Source: Octopus sinensis (lineage: Eukaryota). Taken from it: a stretch of DNA of 64,000 bases. The stretch covers positions 35,898,001-35,962,000 of the forward strand of contig NC_043003.1 of the NCBI RefSeq assembly GCF_006345805.1. Reading direction: 5' to 3'. Below are positions 24,391-37,276 of this stretch, piece by piece. The translations under genes and the position numbers were made by a program. Under the pieces are notes generated by a model. That model had not been told where the DNA came from. It ran no database searches and saw nothing but the letters and a program-made list of their open reading frames with translations. Each line of letters begins with the position of its first letter. The stretch's first letter is position 1.

Positions 24391-26168
24391 ATTATAATTA
24401 ACATCTTCATAGCATGGTCATTGTTATTAATCATAATCCTGTTTTTCATTATAATCATCATCACCGACATTATCAATGCCGTTATCATACTCAATGCAAT
24501 TCCTAACACCAATCACCGACCATCACCAACACCACAGCCCCCCTCCCGTCCGTCACCACCACTAACCATCGCCATCATCAAGGACGTCACCACCTTTGAA
24601 TGATGATATTTATTACAGCTGCAATCAGGTGTTACATAAGAATAGTGACAATGATTTGCAGATAACAAGGAAAGAGAGCAAGGGAGAGCAAAGAAGAGAG
24701 AGAGAGGGATATTCAGAGAATGAGTAAATAATTGAATGAGCAGACGAATAAGGTAGGTGGGTTAGGTAAGGGATAGAGATGGATAACGATGACAATGAAC
24801 CTGCGGCATATGGAGGAAGCCAGGCTTTTTGCAAGAGAGCTCTCAACACAAGATAGAAGAGTTTCCATAGCCTAGAGCAGTAGTGAGGAGTTATCGCAAC
24901 CGGTCTCCAGCTTAGAACGCCAATTAATTCAGTTCCTTAACCAAGAATAACAAACCGAACGGCACTCTAACGCATCAACAACAAACAAAATATTACAGGC
25001 CATTGCAAAGATCTCAGGATATATATATTAAAAAAATAAATAAATAAATATAGAAATATAGAAATGAGCAAATAAATAAATAAAAAATAATGAGTAAGAG
25101 CATGCGAACAATAAACTGATGCGGGATATATATTAAAAAAAATGTGAGACGTCTTTTGTGTGCAAGGGGTAAAAATTCTTGTGGTTTTGTAATACTCAAG
25201 AGTGAAGTATTTTTTAATACAAACGATGTGCGTCTAAAGATCTCTTACCAAATGTTATAAATAGATCTATTAGAGAGAGGTACGTAATGTTGCGTATATA
25301 GACACAAGCACATACGAGCACAAAGAAACTCACATACGCACACACACACACACACGTGTGTGTGTATGCCTGTATACATATGTAAATACATATTATATAT
25401 ATATATATATATTATATATATTATATATAAAATCCGTTCTGTGTGTCTTCTAGGATCTCGAGCATCCTCCATTCAATTGCGCTCAAATTTGATATGTAGA
25501 AACCGACGGTATCAGGGCGTGTATAAATCTTGAAATAATTACTAAAATCGATTCCAGGTTAGAATGCGATCGATAAAGCCGTTTTTGTCTTGCGTTTCTT
25601 CCGTCAACCTGTACATAACTGCACCTTCTATTTTTTGTTGTTTTTGTACTACTTAAAGGCACGTTTCATTCCTACCAAGCTTACAGTTTAAACCATGTTT
25701 TTGTTCTCCCAGTCAACAGCCTTATCATTACTGGTACTTTAAACTCTTCGGTTGCATATTTGTGTGAATAAAATCGTTTTTCTTTGGAATAGATAAAAAA
25801 AGTCTATCTTTATTTCTTCTTTTGCTGGTGTCTCAAATTTAGGTTAAATCAGTGTTTCTCAAAGGGGAGGCCTATGAGACGGTCGGACAAGTTGTTTTGA
25901 GAAAATTTGCTTTAACTGTTTGACAATTCAGCACCGTCCATTGGACGGGGACGTTTTGCTCGTATATATATATATACATACACGTAGGCACTTTCAATTT
26001 CTTTAAATTTCTTTTAAAACATTTTATTACATTTGAATTTATATGTTACGATTAACTAAATTACCATAGAATAAAGGTTCCATACTTTATTATAATTAAG
26101 ATCTGAACTGTTAATATGTGAATGTGAAAGAGATAGTTGGATAACTGTAAATCTACTTTTGCGCCATC

Positions 26169-26207
<39 letters not shown>

Positions 26208-27267
26208 GTGTGTGGGCACATATGCTTAGAAGCTGGACATTTTCGAAGCGTTACTCTGGGTTACACAAGCCGATAGTTGAATTTCTTCAGGAAAGGCTAC
26301 ATCGTGACAGTAAGTAAGCAAAGATTGACACAAATACATAAAAAAATGAATAACCTTCATTGAGATATGATTGATTTACAAAAGTTGAAAATTTGATATA
26401 GGCAGAGCAGGTGATATATTCATTTATTTAGATACAAAACCACGTGATATGTTTTTGTCCGCAATATTAGAAGCATTAATTATGTAAATGCATTTAAGTA
26501 TATTTGATAAACTGCCTAAAATTTTTACATGTGAGTTACTTTCTAAGTGAAATCCGTTGTATGGGAAATAAGTTGGAAATTTCTGAATGAATATCAACAG
26601 TAGTGTCTAGAAGTATTCATCAGTTCTGAATTTCTAAAATGTCTGCAATAGAATTTCGCTCCCCCAATAAGAAACGTGGAACAAATATTTTCAAGCCACT
26701 AATATTGGGGAGATAGAGTTTCCATAACGAATAAATCCAAATCTTGATTGTTGATATTAACACACTTTAGACCTTGGATAGTGACGCAGTGAGGGGTCCT
26801 ACAGATTTTAGCTTCATAGCTATTTCGTATTGTTTTCTACACTTGTAACTGCATACGTTCACTAATCCGTATGTACATACATACACACACACACACACAC
26901 GCACATATATGTGTGTGTGTGTGTGTGTATGTATATGTACATGTATATATATATACGTGTAAACACACACACACATATATATAAATATATGTCAGTATAT
27001 ATATGTATGTATATGTATATAAATAATGTACATACATATATGTGTTTATAAACATAAACATTAGTTTTTGATTCAAACAATGTGTGCGTGTGTGTGTGTG
27101 AGTGTGTGTGTATGTGTTTGTGTCTATGCGTGTTTTATTAAATGGCATGCGGCAACTACCACTAGTTTTCAGTGTTCTGACCATCGTCATTATATTCGAA
27201 TCTTGTGACGATCAACATGCAGAGAGAAAACTACGGTTATATGGGAGCATGAATTTCCTTTTGGCCG

Positions 27268-27304
<37 letters not shown>

Positions 27305-27305
27305 A

Positions 27306-27338
<33 letters not shown>

Positions 27339-27343
27339 GATAG

Positions 27344-27439
<96 letters not shown>

Positions 27440-27525
27440 CTATATTATATTATATAATATATATTAATTATATAATATATATATATATATATATATAATA
27501 TAGATATATATATATAATATATATA

Positions 27526-27574
<49 letters not shown>

Positions 27575-27640
27575 ATACATATATATATAATATATATATA
27601 TATAGATATATTATTAATATATATATATATATTATATATA

Positions 27641-27679
<39 letters not shown>

Positions 27680-27680
27680 T
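27268..27680. repeat. ~410-bp interrupted (TA)n tract
   Basis: Direct reading. Confidence 0.97.
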
Positions 27681-27708
27681 ATTGCGACTGATCTGTTAGC
27701 TTTTTGTT

Positions 27709-28020
27709 AGGCAAATGGCCTAGTGGTTAGGGCAGCGGAGTCGAATTGGTAGGGTCGCGGTTTCGAATCCTAGACCGGGCGTTGTGAGTGTTTATTGAGT
27801 GAAAACACCCAAACCTCCACGAGCCCGAGAAAGCGGGTGGTGGCGAAACCTGCTGTACCCTTTCACCACAACTTTCTCTCGCTCTTTCTTTCTGTTGTAC
27901 CTATATTTCAAAGAGCTGAATCTCCCAGAGAGCTACGTTAAGGGTATATCTGTCTGTGAAGTTCTCAGCCACTTGTACATAAATTTCATGAGCAGGCTGT
28001 TCCGTTGATCGGATCAACTT
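27709..28020 (+). mobile_element. tRNA-derived SINE (second family)
   Basis: tggcctagtggttagggcagcgga..ggtttcgaatcc head (A/B boxes); tail gcaggctgttccgttgatcggatcaac; homologous to 40078-40460. Confidence 0.8.
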
Positions 28021-31000
28021 GATGCCACAATGTAGAAATATATTCGAGATCTTTTTTTATCTTTAGACTATTGCATATAATATATGCGTAACTGCAGATA
28101 ACATATTTTTCGTGTATTTAATATTTAATGCTGAAGCTAGAAAACTTCCATGCCTTCTTGTATCATCTGTGCAAATTTCTAATTATATTAATGGGTAACA
28201 GCACTAAGTAGTTACAAGTTTAAATATACTTTGGGCATATTCGAACCTGTATTAAAGACATTCACCGTATTTTATCGTGGAGAAAATTTCTTGATAAACA
28301 CAAATTCCATATTTTATGTCACCCCCTATTTTATCCACTACGAGCCACTTAATAATTTAACCAATCATTGAACGTTGACAGCAGTATCATAAGAGGAATC
28401 AGTCTCTCGTGTAGGTCACAGCATCAGACTTGCCAGTCTCTGTTGCTGAGAGGACGTAACCATTACGAAATGCATGTATCCCATAGTCTGGTTGGTAACG
28501 CTGAGAAATGACTCGGTGTATTTACATATATTTATCTACAGCGAGAAATTTTTCGAGTTTAAATATGCCTCAAGTGTATTTGAACTGGTAATAAGTTTGT
28601 AGTAAATATATTATATTTGAAGATTCCATAAGAAGAAGGATGGTGAATGAAAATAGCCTTCATTTTTAATTACCAGGGAAGGGTGGGACAAAGAAAAACA
28701 GAGCTACCTGTAGTTTAGAAATCGAACCAAAGATGAATTCCTTCAATCCATTTTTCAGCTATTTCACTAAGTTCTTTTTTGTTTTTAATTTGGCAAGCTA
28801 CTCTTGACTGAAAATATAGGTTTTCCCATGTGTTAAAATATAGCTACTGATCTGCAAGCCCGGTTAGACGGTGGTCTACGAAGGTAGACAAGTAGAGTGT
28901 GTCTGTCCATAGGTGAACTTTTCATGCAAAAAAGATTAAATTGTCAACGAAATTACAAGTATCCACCTATGCGAAATATATAGACGCACTTTTTATCTCT
29001 TATTGTGTGCATGTGTGTGGTGTGTAAAAGGTGTGTGGTGTGTATGTGTGTATGTGGTGTGTGTGTGTGAGAGAAAGGGAGAGAGAGAGAGAAAGAGAGA
29101 GAGAGTTGTTTAGCGGTGGAGAGTCAATTTTTGTTTTTACTTAAGAAGGGAGTGATCGCATTTCTTTTTGGCTGAGATATAGATTGTCACTGACAGGTCA
29201 CCGAGATCATGTAGCGAGGGAAAACTTATTGTAAGCCGCTATTTTAAGTTAAAGCATTTTGAGTTAGAAAATTTAGTGTCTATTGAAATACCTTCATGCT
29301 CCATATTTGTCGGCCTTGTGCCTAATAAAACATGGTTATTATTATTTTTAATGTAGTTGTTATTGCTTCGTACTCTGCTACACATCGGACAGTTCTTTGA
29401 TTGTTTCAGTAACATATAGCATTTCTTTATTCTTGAAATAAGTTGCTAGAGTCTCGCTCAGCATTTCTACATTCCTGGAGAAAAGGATGCCCTAATTTTT
29501 TCATACCAAAAACCCTACAGCGCATGAGAGGGACTATCGAGTGAGAGGTAGAGGCAGCATGAGAGAAAGGTCTCTCTTAGAGTTGACTGGTAATTTTGAA
29601 AATTAAAAGACATGATCAACTCAGTGGAATTTGAATTCAGAGTAAATAAGAGCTGAAATACATAGCAAAAGGCATTCTATCCGACTCTTTAATGATTCCA
29701 CCAACTCGACCCGAGTATTACAACGTTACTTGAAGTTGATAGACAGTAATCAAACACATCAGAACAATGTAAAAGAATACACAAAAGAGTGGAAGCGGTA
29801 CATGCAATATTTATTGTTAGTTAACAAAAATTAATGTGTAAAAATAAAATACAGGCAATAACATACTTGTTTGATGCCGTGGTAGACAGAATTCAGATAT
29901 GGATAATGCTTTTCCTTTGAAACAAACATAATTGTTATATAAGATAACATAAAATGATTCACATAACTTTCATTATAGTGGCAGAGCTTGATTACAAAAA
30001 CTCTTTTCAATACAAGTTATGTGTAACCAGGGTGGGTTAGGGGGTTTAGCAGAATTTCATACTGTTCCACTTATAATGCATTTTTCAAAGTGGACAGAAT
30101 CTACTAATTCAGTGAGATAATTATAAATAAATATTGGTTAATCGTAATTTTATTATACATAAATCGAACGTTTAATGAGCGTATTCTTCAAAGAAAACAT
30201 GTTTATTTATGAAATGATAAATTCTTTCTAAACAAATAAGAATACCTCCCTCCAGTAAACCAAAGAAACAAAATGAGCCAAAGGATGTGCAACTACATGG
30301 TCGCTCGACCTGCTAGAAATTGTTGGTAAATCGCCGTCGAATTACAATATACTCGCTTAAAAATTGGATACAACACATTAGAAGTCTCCGTATGTGACGT
30401 TAACCATTTCTTTGTATTGACCATTTCTCTGCATCTGTAGCAGTAGATCGTGGTACGGATTTTTCGGAAAAGTTTAGCAGTTTCCTGTGCATATATATCT
30501 CCTTTTTCCATGCCAACCCATGCCAACGTTTTTGTCAAAGAGAAGCTCCACTGCTTTAGAGACGAAAAAGGCTTGGCACTTGTGCCGTCCTCATCGTTAC
30601 ACTCACAAAGAAAAAGGCCGAAACTACAAGGCAACTTGTCGGACACTCTGACATCTCCGGAAATCTCCCACCTGAATTGATACAGTTTATGGTTCCAGAA
30701 ACGGATGGAAATTATCTACAGTAGGGTTTGCAATCAGAGTATAGAGATTCGAAACAAGTATTGATTTAAAAAGTATGTTGGCATGCCGACTTGTAAAACA
30801 TAGTAAGTAATGCTGTTTCACACACCCATAAATACAAGTGGATTACAGGAGTCGCAGCACTCGCTCTGTCTGAAAGCGCAACTGAAACTACATAACACCC
30901 TTCATTTCCAATACCACACATCTCTAAGTAGTCCAATAATCACCGTTCACATTTTTAAACACTCCGATGACAGTATTGCCAGTCTTATTCACTGCGTTAT

Positions 31001-31921
31001 ATATTTTCATTAAAATAAAGCTGTATATAGATATGGGAGATAGATTCAGTGAAAATCTACAAAATGTCCGCAGTAAGGCCACTGATATCGTATGACCTAC
31101 AGCCCGGCATCTTAAGTCACTTGGTTCCCCGCCACCCACTGACTCCATAACCGCTCTACCCTATAATAGTAAGTAACCAGCAAGTTACTTGAGCAATAAT
31201 TTATTCTCGATGATTTATTCTCTAACACTACACAGACATTTCGCTTCCATCGAATTCCACCACACATCTCACTCCTGATCTACTGTATTTCTCTTAATTT
31301 AACGAGTCAACCTTGTTATTTCTTTATAATTTTTTGTATGTATACACGTTACTGGTTATTTCACTCTACAGCCCCAGCCCTTCTTCCCCAAATCGTTCAC
31401 ACCAGCCAACTACCACCCTTATTAACTCGCACTATGCATCCGCTTCTGGTCAGTTTCTCATACCAGCTACCTTTTCTTGAACCCCTATCGCTAATTTATT
31501 GTCATCATCTCTTCATCTCATTCCTATCTGTAATTTTTAAGCGATTGACTCCTTCTTCGAATTTGTCAACCAATATTTGAGCATTCCATTGAAGGATCTC
31601 TCTCCGAATTTTCAAGTATGCTCTATTCCTCACATGAGCAATATTGTACATTAATTTGCAAAGTTCAAATCATACGAAAATACCCCATGAACCAGCAATT
31701 TTATTCTTTTATTCTTTTACTTGTTTCAGTCATTTAACTGCAGCCATGCTGAAGCACTACCTTTAGTCGAACAAATCGACCCCAAAACTTATTCTTTGTA
31801 AGCCTAGTACTTATTCTATCACTCTCTTTAGCCGAACCATTATGTTACGGGGACGTAAACACACTAATAAGGGTTGTCAAATGATGGTAGGGGTACAAAC
31901 ACAGACACACAAATATATATA

Positions 31922-33998
31922 TACTAGCTTAAGGTGACCCGCTCTACGCGCGGGTAAGAGTGTGGTTGTTACTTTCTGTTGCTTCCTTTCAGCACGTAAA
32001 AAGCACCATCCGAACGTGGCCGATTGCAGCGCCGCCTCGACTGGCTTCTGTGCCGGTGGCACGTAAAAAGCACCAACCGATCGTGGCCGCTGCCAGCCTC
32101 CCTGGCACCTGTACCGGCGGCACGAAAAAAGCACCCACTACAATCACAGAGTGGTTGGCGTTAGGAAGGGCATCCACCTGTAGAAACACTGCCAGATCAG
32201 ACTGGAGCCTGGTGCAGCCTCCTGGCTTCCCAGACCCCGGTCAAACTGTCCAACCCGTGCTAGCACGGAAAACGGACGTTAAACGATGATGATGATGATG
32301 ATTCTCCCTCTTTGTTTCTCTCTCCTTTCTCTCTCACTTTCCCACTCTTACTTTTCTTTTCTCTCGGACTCTCTCTCGCTTTCTCTTATTCTCTATCTTT
32401 ATCTATCTCTCTCACATTTATAAACAACAAAAGATCTTGAGTAAGTTGAGAAATAAAATATTTAGAAAGATCAATCATAAATATCAGGCAGTGGCAACGG
32501 AAAGGTCTGCTTCAAGGCAGACAGCAAAACACTAACATTTAAAAGGGACAGACGAACTTGCGAGCTGAATAAAAATAATAAAATATTGGAAACCAAAGTT
32601 TGAAGGGATAGAATCTGAGGATAGTAGAGTCACCAAGGCTGGCATTTCTTAACGACGGACAGCAACGTATTGACAGTTTAACGGCTGGCGTAAAATTTTG
32701 AACTTGATGTAAAAGAAAATTCCTAAACACCAAGTTTTGAAGTGATTCTTTCTCACGACAGTAACTCACCATGGCAAGCATTCAAAACTTCATCATGGGC
32801 GGCAACACTTTGACGATTAAAAGGCTGCCGCAAATATTTTAGCTTGATGTAACAAAGAATTCCTAAACACCCGCTCCTTTACATTTTAATCCCCTTCCAG
32901 CCCCATTTAGACCCCTTTTCACATTTTGGTTAATATAACCCGATTTAATTCGGGTCTACTGGGGCCACATTTTATAAGATGAGGAATTTTGTCCTAGAGA
33001 TCCCGCCTTTCATTTGAGGAAGAAAATAGTTGTCATGCAAACTTGCCAGCACTTTTAACATAGATGTGCATATTTTCAGCTGAACCGACCACATAATGCA
33101 CATATTATATATATATATATGTGTGTGTGTGTATGTGTGTGTGTGCACGCATTATATTTACAAATGTATACAAATTATATATATATATGTATAAATTAAA
33201 TTAGAGATAAAACCACTAATAGGCAAATCAAACAGTGAAAAACAAACCAAAACATAAAAATAAAAATATAATATACAAAATATATAAAATATAAAATTGA
33301 AAAATTTAAATTATTTAAATTTAAAATAAAAATTATTAATTTATATTTATAATTTTTTAAAAATATATATAACTATTAAAAAGTATTAAAAAGTTTAATA
33401 TACATAAATACAGATATATACACTTTGTATATATACATTATATATACATATTTATATATAGAACACACACACACACACATATATAAATTAACCCAATAAG
33501 TATCTGATTCATAATATTTGTTCTCAAGATTTTGTGGTGGAGGTGGTGGTTGTGGCGATGATAATTCTGTCTATGAATGCAGACAGACGTAGAGAAAGAG
33601 AGAGTATGAAAGCGCTGTCGAAGGTGGGGAGGGGGGAGATATAGAACGCCGTTTGACGACGTTATAAAGAGAAAGTGAAGGGGAGTTAGACGCTGTTAGA
33701 CGACGTTATATATAGAAAGTGATGGGAAGGGAGGAAAGAGAGTGAGTGACGGAGGAAGACAGATACATAAAAGAATGAGAGTAGACTTGTCAAAGTGCGT
33801 TTTTGGCCCTAACAACGACACCTTTTAAGATGGGGATTTCTAACCTAGCCCACTGGCATCCTCACCTCATTTTACATGTCCCTGTAAATTTTGGAGTCAA
33901 TCCGACGGGATCTAGTGGCCTTTAACCCTTTCTCAATGCCAAAACCAGACAAACGAACAAACAAACAAACTTTTCGCATTTCAGTTTTATAAATAGAT
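31922..33998 (+). mobile_element. Putative non-autonomous Helitron-like (Lep1/HINE-type) element with nested insertions
   Basis: 5' tactagct...ACCCGC-tctacgc-GCGGGT hairpin; 3' aaacaaacttttcgcatttcagttttataaatagat. That both ends belong to one element is inferred. Confidence 0.4.
31960..32300 (+). mobile_element. SINE-like element with (GAT)n tail (RTE-type 3' end)
   Basis: Three gcacg[t/a]aaaaagcacc repeats, then ggttggcgttaggaagggcatcc...ggaaaacggacgttaaacgatgatgatgat. Confidence 0.7.
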
Positions 33999-34008
33999 AT
34001 ATATATAT

Positions 34009-34826
34009 AAATTTGAATAAAGGTAGAAACTGATATTAATCAATTAAAACCAGTGGCCTAGCATATTAAAAAAACCCGAAGATTTAAAATATTTTTACAT
34101 ACAAAATTTAAAGGACTGACCACTAAAAGTGGACGGTCAACATGCTAGATATAGACGTCAAAATCGCTATTTTCCACGAAGAATGCGTTCTCAAATAAAA
34201 GCTCAGCACAAACCAAAGTGCAAAAAATAAGCAAGACAAATGAAAATATACGAAATAATAACGATTACCTATGTACCGATCAGTTTCGCTTGTTAATATC
34301 CACGCATATTGATACGTGGAAATCTGCAAGCTCATCAGCATAGTCTGTCGTATACAAATATAATTTCCAGGACTAGATACAAAAATGCTTGACTGGAGTC
34401 CCGCATGCATAGAGCCCAACAAATTATATTTATGTGTATCCTTCAAATGCCTTCACGTTGGCGCGCTGACATCGGAAATCGACCCTGCAGTTAATAAACT
34501 GCAGCAGTCAAGTTACCGGTTAGAGAACATTTTTTTAGTATTTAAAATTGAATAAGGGTAGAAATTGATATTAATCAATTTGCAGATTTCCACGTATCCA
34601 TATGCGTGGATATTAACAAGCGAAACTGATCGGTACATAGGAAATCGTTATTATTTCGTTTATTTTCATTTGTCTTGCTTATTTTTTACACTTTGGTTTG
34701 TGCTGAGTTTTTATTTGAGAACACATTCTTCGTGGAAAATAGCGATTTTGACGTCTATATCTAGCATATTGACCGTCCACTTTTAGTGGTCAGTCCTTTA
34801 AATTTTGTATGTAAAAATCTTTTAAA
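34009..34826. mobile_element. Fold-back retroelement end (Penelope pLTR-like/retrozyme-like): 247-bp inverted repeats plus a 37-bp direct repeat
   Basis: 34083-34329 is the reverse complement of 34580-34826 with few mismatches. aaatttgaataaaggtagaaactgatattaatcaatt (34009-34045) recurs directly at 34544-34580. Confidence 0.75.
34269..34343 (-). ncRNA. Type I hammerhead ribozyme with intact catalytic core
   Basis: Minus strand: CTATG-CTGATGA-GCTTG-(cagatt tccacgtat caat atgcgtgga tattaa)-CAAGC-GAAA-CTGATCGGT-A-CATAG. Stem I CTATG/CATAG, stem II GCTTG/CAAGC, near-palindromic stem III, GUA cleavage triplet. Confidence 0.85.
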
Positions 34827-34844
34827 TATTATATATATATATAT

Positions 34845-35110
34845 AGTTAATCCGAACATGAACAAAGAGAAAACACAACACCGCGAGGGCGCGGAACAAG
34901 TATAGTGTTATTGGACGCTCAGTAAAGGAAAGAAAGAAGGAGGATTTAACATTTCGAGCGGAGCTCTTCGTTAGAAATATAGAAAAAAGGAAAAGTTCAA
35001 GGAAGGGAAGTCGGAGAAAGAAAATCGTCAACGATACACACGCGGTCACATATTGAAATGACCGGAAGGGAATGGGTGAAGAAAAAGACAGGAGAGCGCA
35101 AGAGGAGGTA
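34845..35110 (-). mobile_element. Penelope-like 3' tail with a degenerate minimal hammerhead
   Basis: Minus strand CTAACGA-A-GAGC-TCC-GCTC-GAAA-TGTTAA at 34945-34977, followed by a T-rich tail. Confidence 0.55.
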
Positions 35111-36350
35111 TGTGTGTATATGTGGGTATGTGCGTGCGCGCAGGTCTGTGTGTGTGTATAGTGATAGCATATGCGCGCGCGCGCGTGTGTGTGTGTGTGG
35201 TTGCAGCTGTTTATGTGTGTGGTTGGCCTTAGTATCGTTTAAGGTCATAGGAAGAATATTTAGTAAGAATTATTCTAGGACTGGCTGCCTGTTGTGTGTT
35301 TACCTAGATATGTGCGTAGGAGAATGGTCAGTAGAAGGTATTGGTAATTTGAAGTATGTATGTGTGCGTGTATGTATATGTAGTGTGTGTGTGTGTGTAT
35401 GTACGTGTGTGTTCGTTTGTGTATATGTGTATGCGTGGGGATGTGTGCGTGTGTGGAGTAATTGTACTATACACTGTGTATGTGTGCTTGTGTGCTTGTA
35501 TGTCCGTGTGTGTGTGTACATGTATGTATAATAGTGTGTATATGTATGTGTCAGTGTGTACTGTTTGTGTATGGGAGGTATGTGTGGGTTAATTTGCGTG
35601 AGCGTGTGCGTGTGTGTGTATGTGTATGCGTGTGAGTGTATGTGAGGGTGTACATGTGTGTGTATGTGGAGTGTACTTTGTGTGTGTGCATGTGCATGAG
35701 TGTGTGAACGAGGAGTTGTGTAGGGGGAATAGTTGCTTTTTTGCGCGTGTAGGCATGTGCGTGTGTGTGTGCGTGTACATGTGTATGTGCATATAGTTGT
35801 GTGTGCGTGTGTGCGTATGTGGGTGTATATACGTATATGCGTGGGGTTATGACTGTTAGGTACGTGTGCATTCGCATGCGTGTGTGCGTGCATATGTGTG
35901 CGCATGTGTGTGTGCGTGTGTGTATGTGTCTCTATGTGTATGCTTATGTATATGTGTGTGCGTGTATGCATGTATATGTATATGTGTGTATGTGAATTGG
36001 TGTATGCGTGTGTGCGTGGGTTGTGTGTGGGGTTTGTGTGGAGGGTGTAGGCGTATATGTGCGTACTTGTGTGTATGTGCATGCGTGCGTGTACATATGT
36101 GCGTGTGCTTACGTGCGTGTGTGCGTGTGTGTTTATGCCTATGTGTGTGTAATTGTGTGCGTTTCTGTATGTGTAATGTGTGTTGGAGGTATATGTGCAT
36201 TCCTGTGCGTGTGTATGTGTGTGTGTATGTATGCGTGTGTGTATGCGTGTGGAAGTATGTGTGTATATGTGCATGTTTGTATGTTGTATGTGTGGGAGGT
36301 ATGTGTGCGTTCGTGGATATATATACGTATGTGTGTGCATGTGTACGTTT
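35110..36350. repeat. ~1.25-kb degenerate alternating purine-pyrimidine (GT/AT/GC) tract
   Basis: Direct reading; source of many spurious HTHT/CVCV ORFs. Confidence 0.9.
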
Positions 36351-36399
36351 ATATAGAAATAAAAACAATAAATTATAAAACAATAAAATATAAAAATTA

Positions 36400-36632
36400 A
36401 GGTTGAAAGGAGATAAGGAAGTTAATGCAATATAAATGGCGCAATTACAAGCAAAAATGAAAAATGAAACACGGTTGCTTTGTTGCAGGAGATGTAGAGG
36501 CAGTCAATGGGAGAATGGGGTGGTGTTTAGTCCGTAGGGGATAGATTAAAGATATACCTCTGTTCCAGGCGGAGTCGTGCGTGTGTGGGTCCGTGCTGTA
36601 AAGCAAGGCCAAAGACGGAGATGTTGCCTAAT
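36400..36632 (-). mobile_element. Penelope-like element GIY-YIG C-terminal relic and 3' UTR
   Basis: Minus strand GNISVFGLALQHGPTHARLRLEQRYIFNL resembles the PLE endonuclease end (R...EQ.LIF.L..L.P.G.N). Confidence 0.5.
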
Positions 36633-36634
36633 TA

Positions 36635-37125
36635 AGCAGATACAACTTTAGCAGTGGAATAGATGAGGTTATTTAATATTAGGTCATTTCGCTTATTTCT
36701 TAAGATCTGTCTAAGAGCAATGTTATATACCATGATTGTCATTTTTATGTTGTTTGAGAGCTTTGGTAGCATTTCTCTATTGTGCATGTTAGTAAATTCA
36801 GTTTGGCTGAGTTTTCTCATATCTTTTTTGGCTTGTACGGCCTCTTTATTATTCATCTCAAATTCTGCATCCTATCTATTCTGGTGTTCTTGAGCTAGGT
36901 CTACTTTCTCCTCTTTTTCCGCATATCTGTTCTACGTTATCATTTATTCAGCTTCCGCGTTGGAATATACTCCTCGTACACTGGGTTCTGTGCATCCGTT
37001 ACGTATTTCATCTGCAATGATGCTGTTTTCATTTGGTCTATCATGAGATATTCGGATCCTAATTTGGCTAATTTCAGCGTCTGTTAACCTTTTATTCTTA
37101 ATGATGTCTCTTCGTACGTTAATAT
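36635..37125 (-). mobile_element. R4/Dong-clade non-LTR element, N-terminal ORF fragment
   Basis: Minus strand NVRRDIIKNKRLTDAEISQIR and LPKL...NNLIYSTAKVV resemble the N-terminus of R4/Dong ORFs. Confidence 0.55.
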
Positions 37126-37149
37126 ATTTGCGTGTATATATATATATAC

Positions 37150-37205
<56 letters not shown>

Positions 37206-37276
37206 ATTATATATGCGTACTTCGTTGCCTATTAAATTTCTCTATTATCATCATCATCAATATTATTATTATTATT

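Noticed and set aside
30293-31150. ORFs 30293..30646 and 30924..31148 as an hAT transposase relic or host exons
   Set aside because: Only faint motif echoes (e.g. TATDAEK); no reliable alignment, TIR pair or splice structure.
34123-34786. Near-identical ORFs 34123..34446(-) and 34565..34786(+) as duplicated small genes
   Set aside because: They are the two arms of the inverted repeat read through the ribozyme region; no coding evidence.
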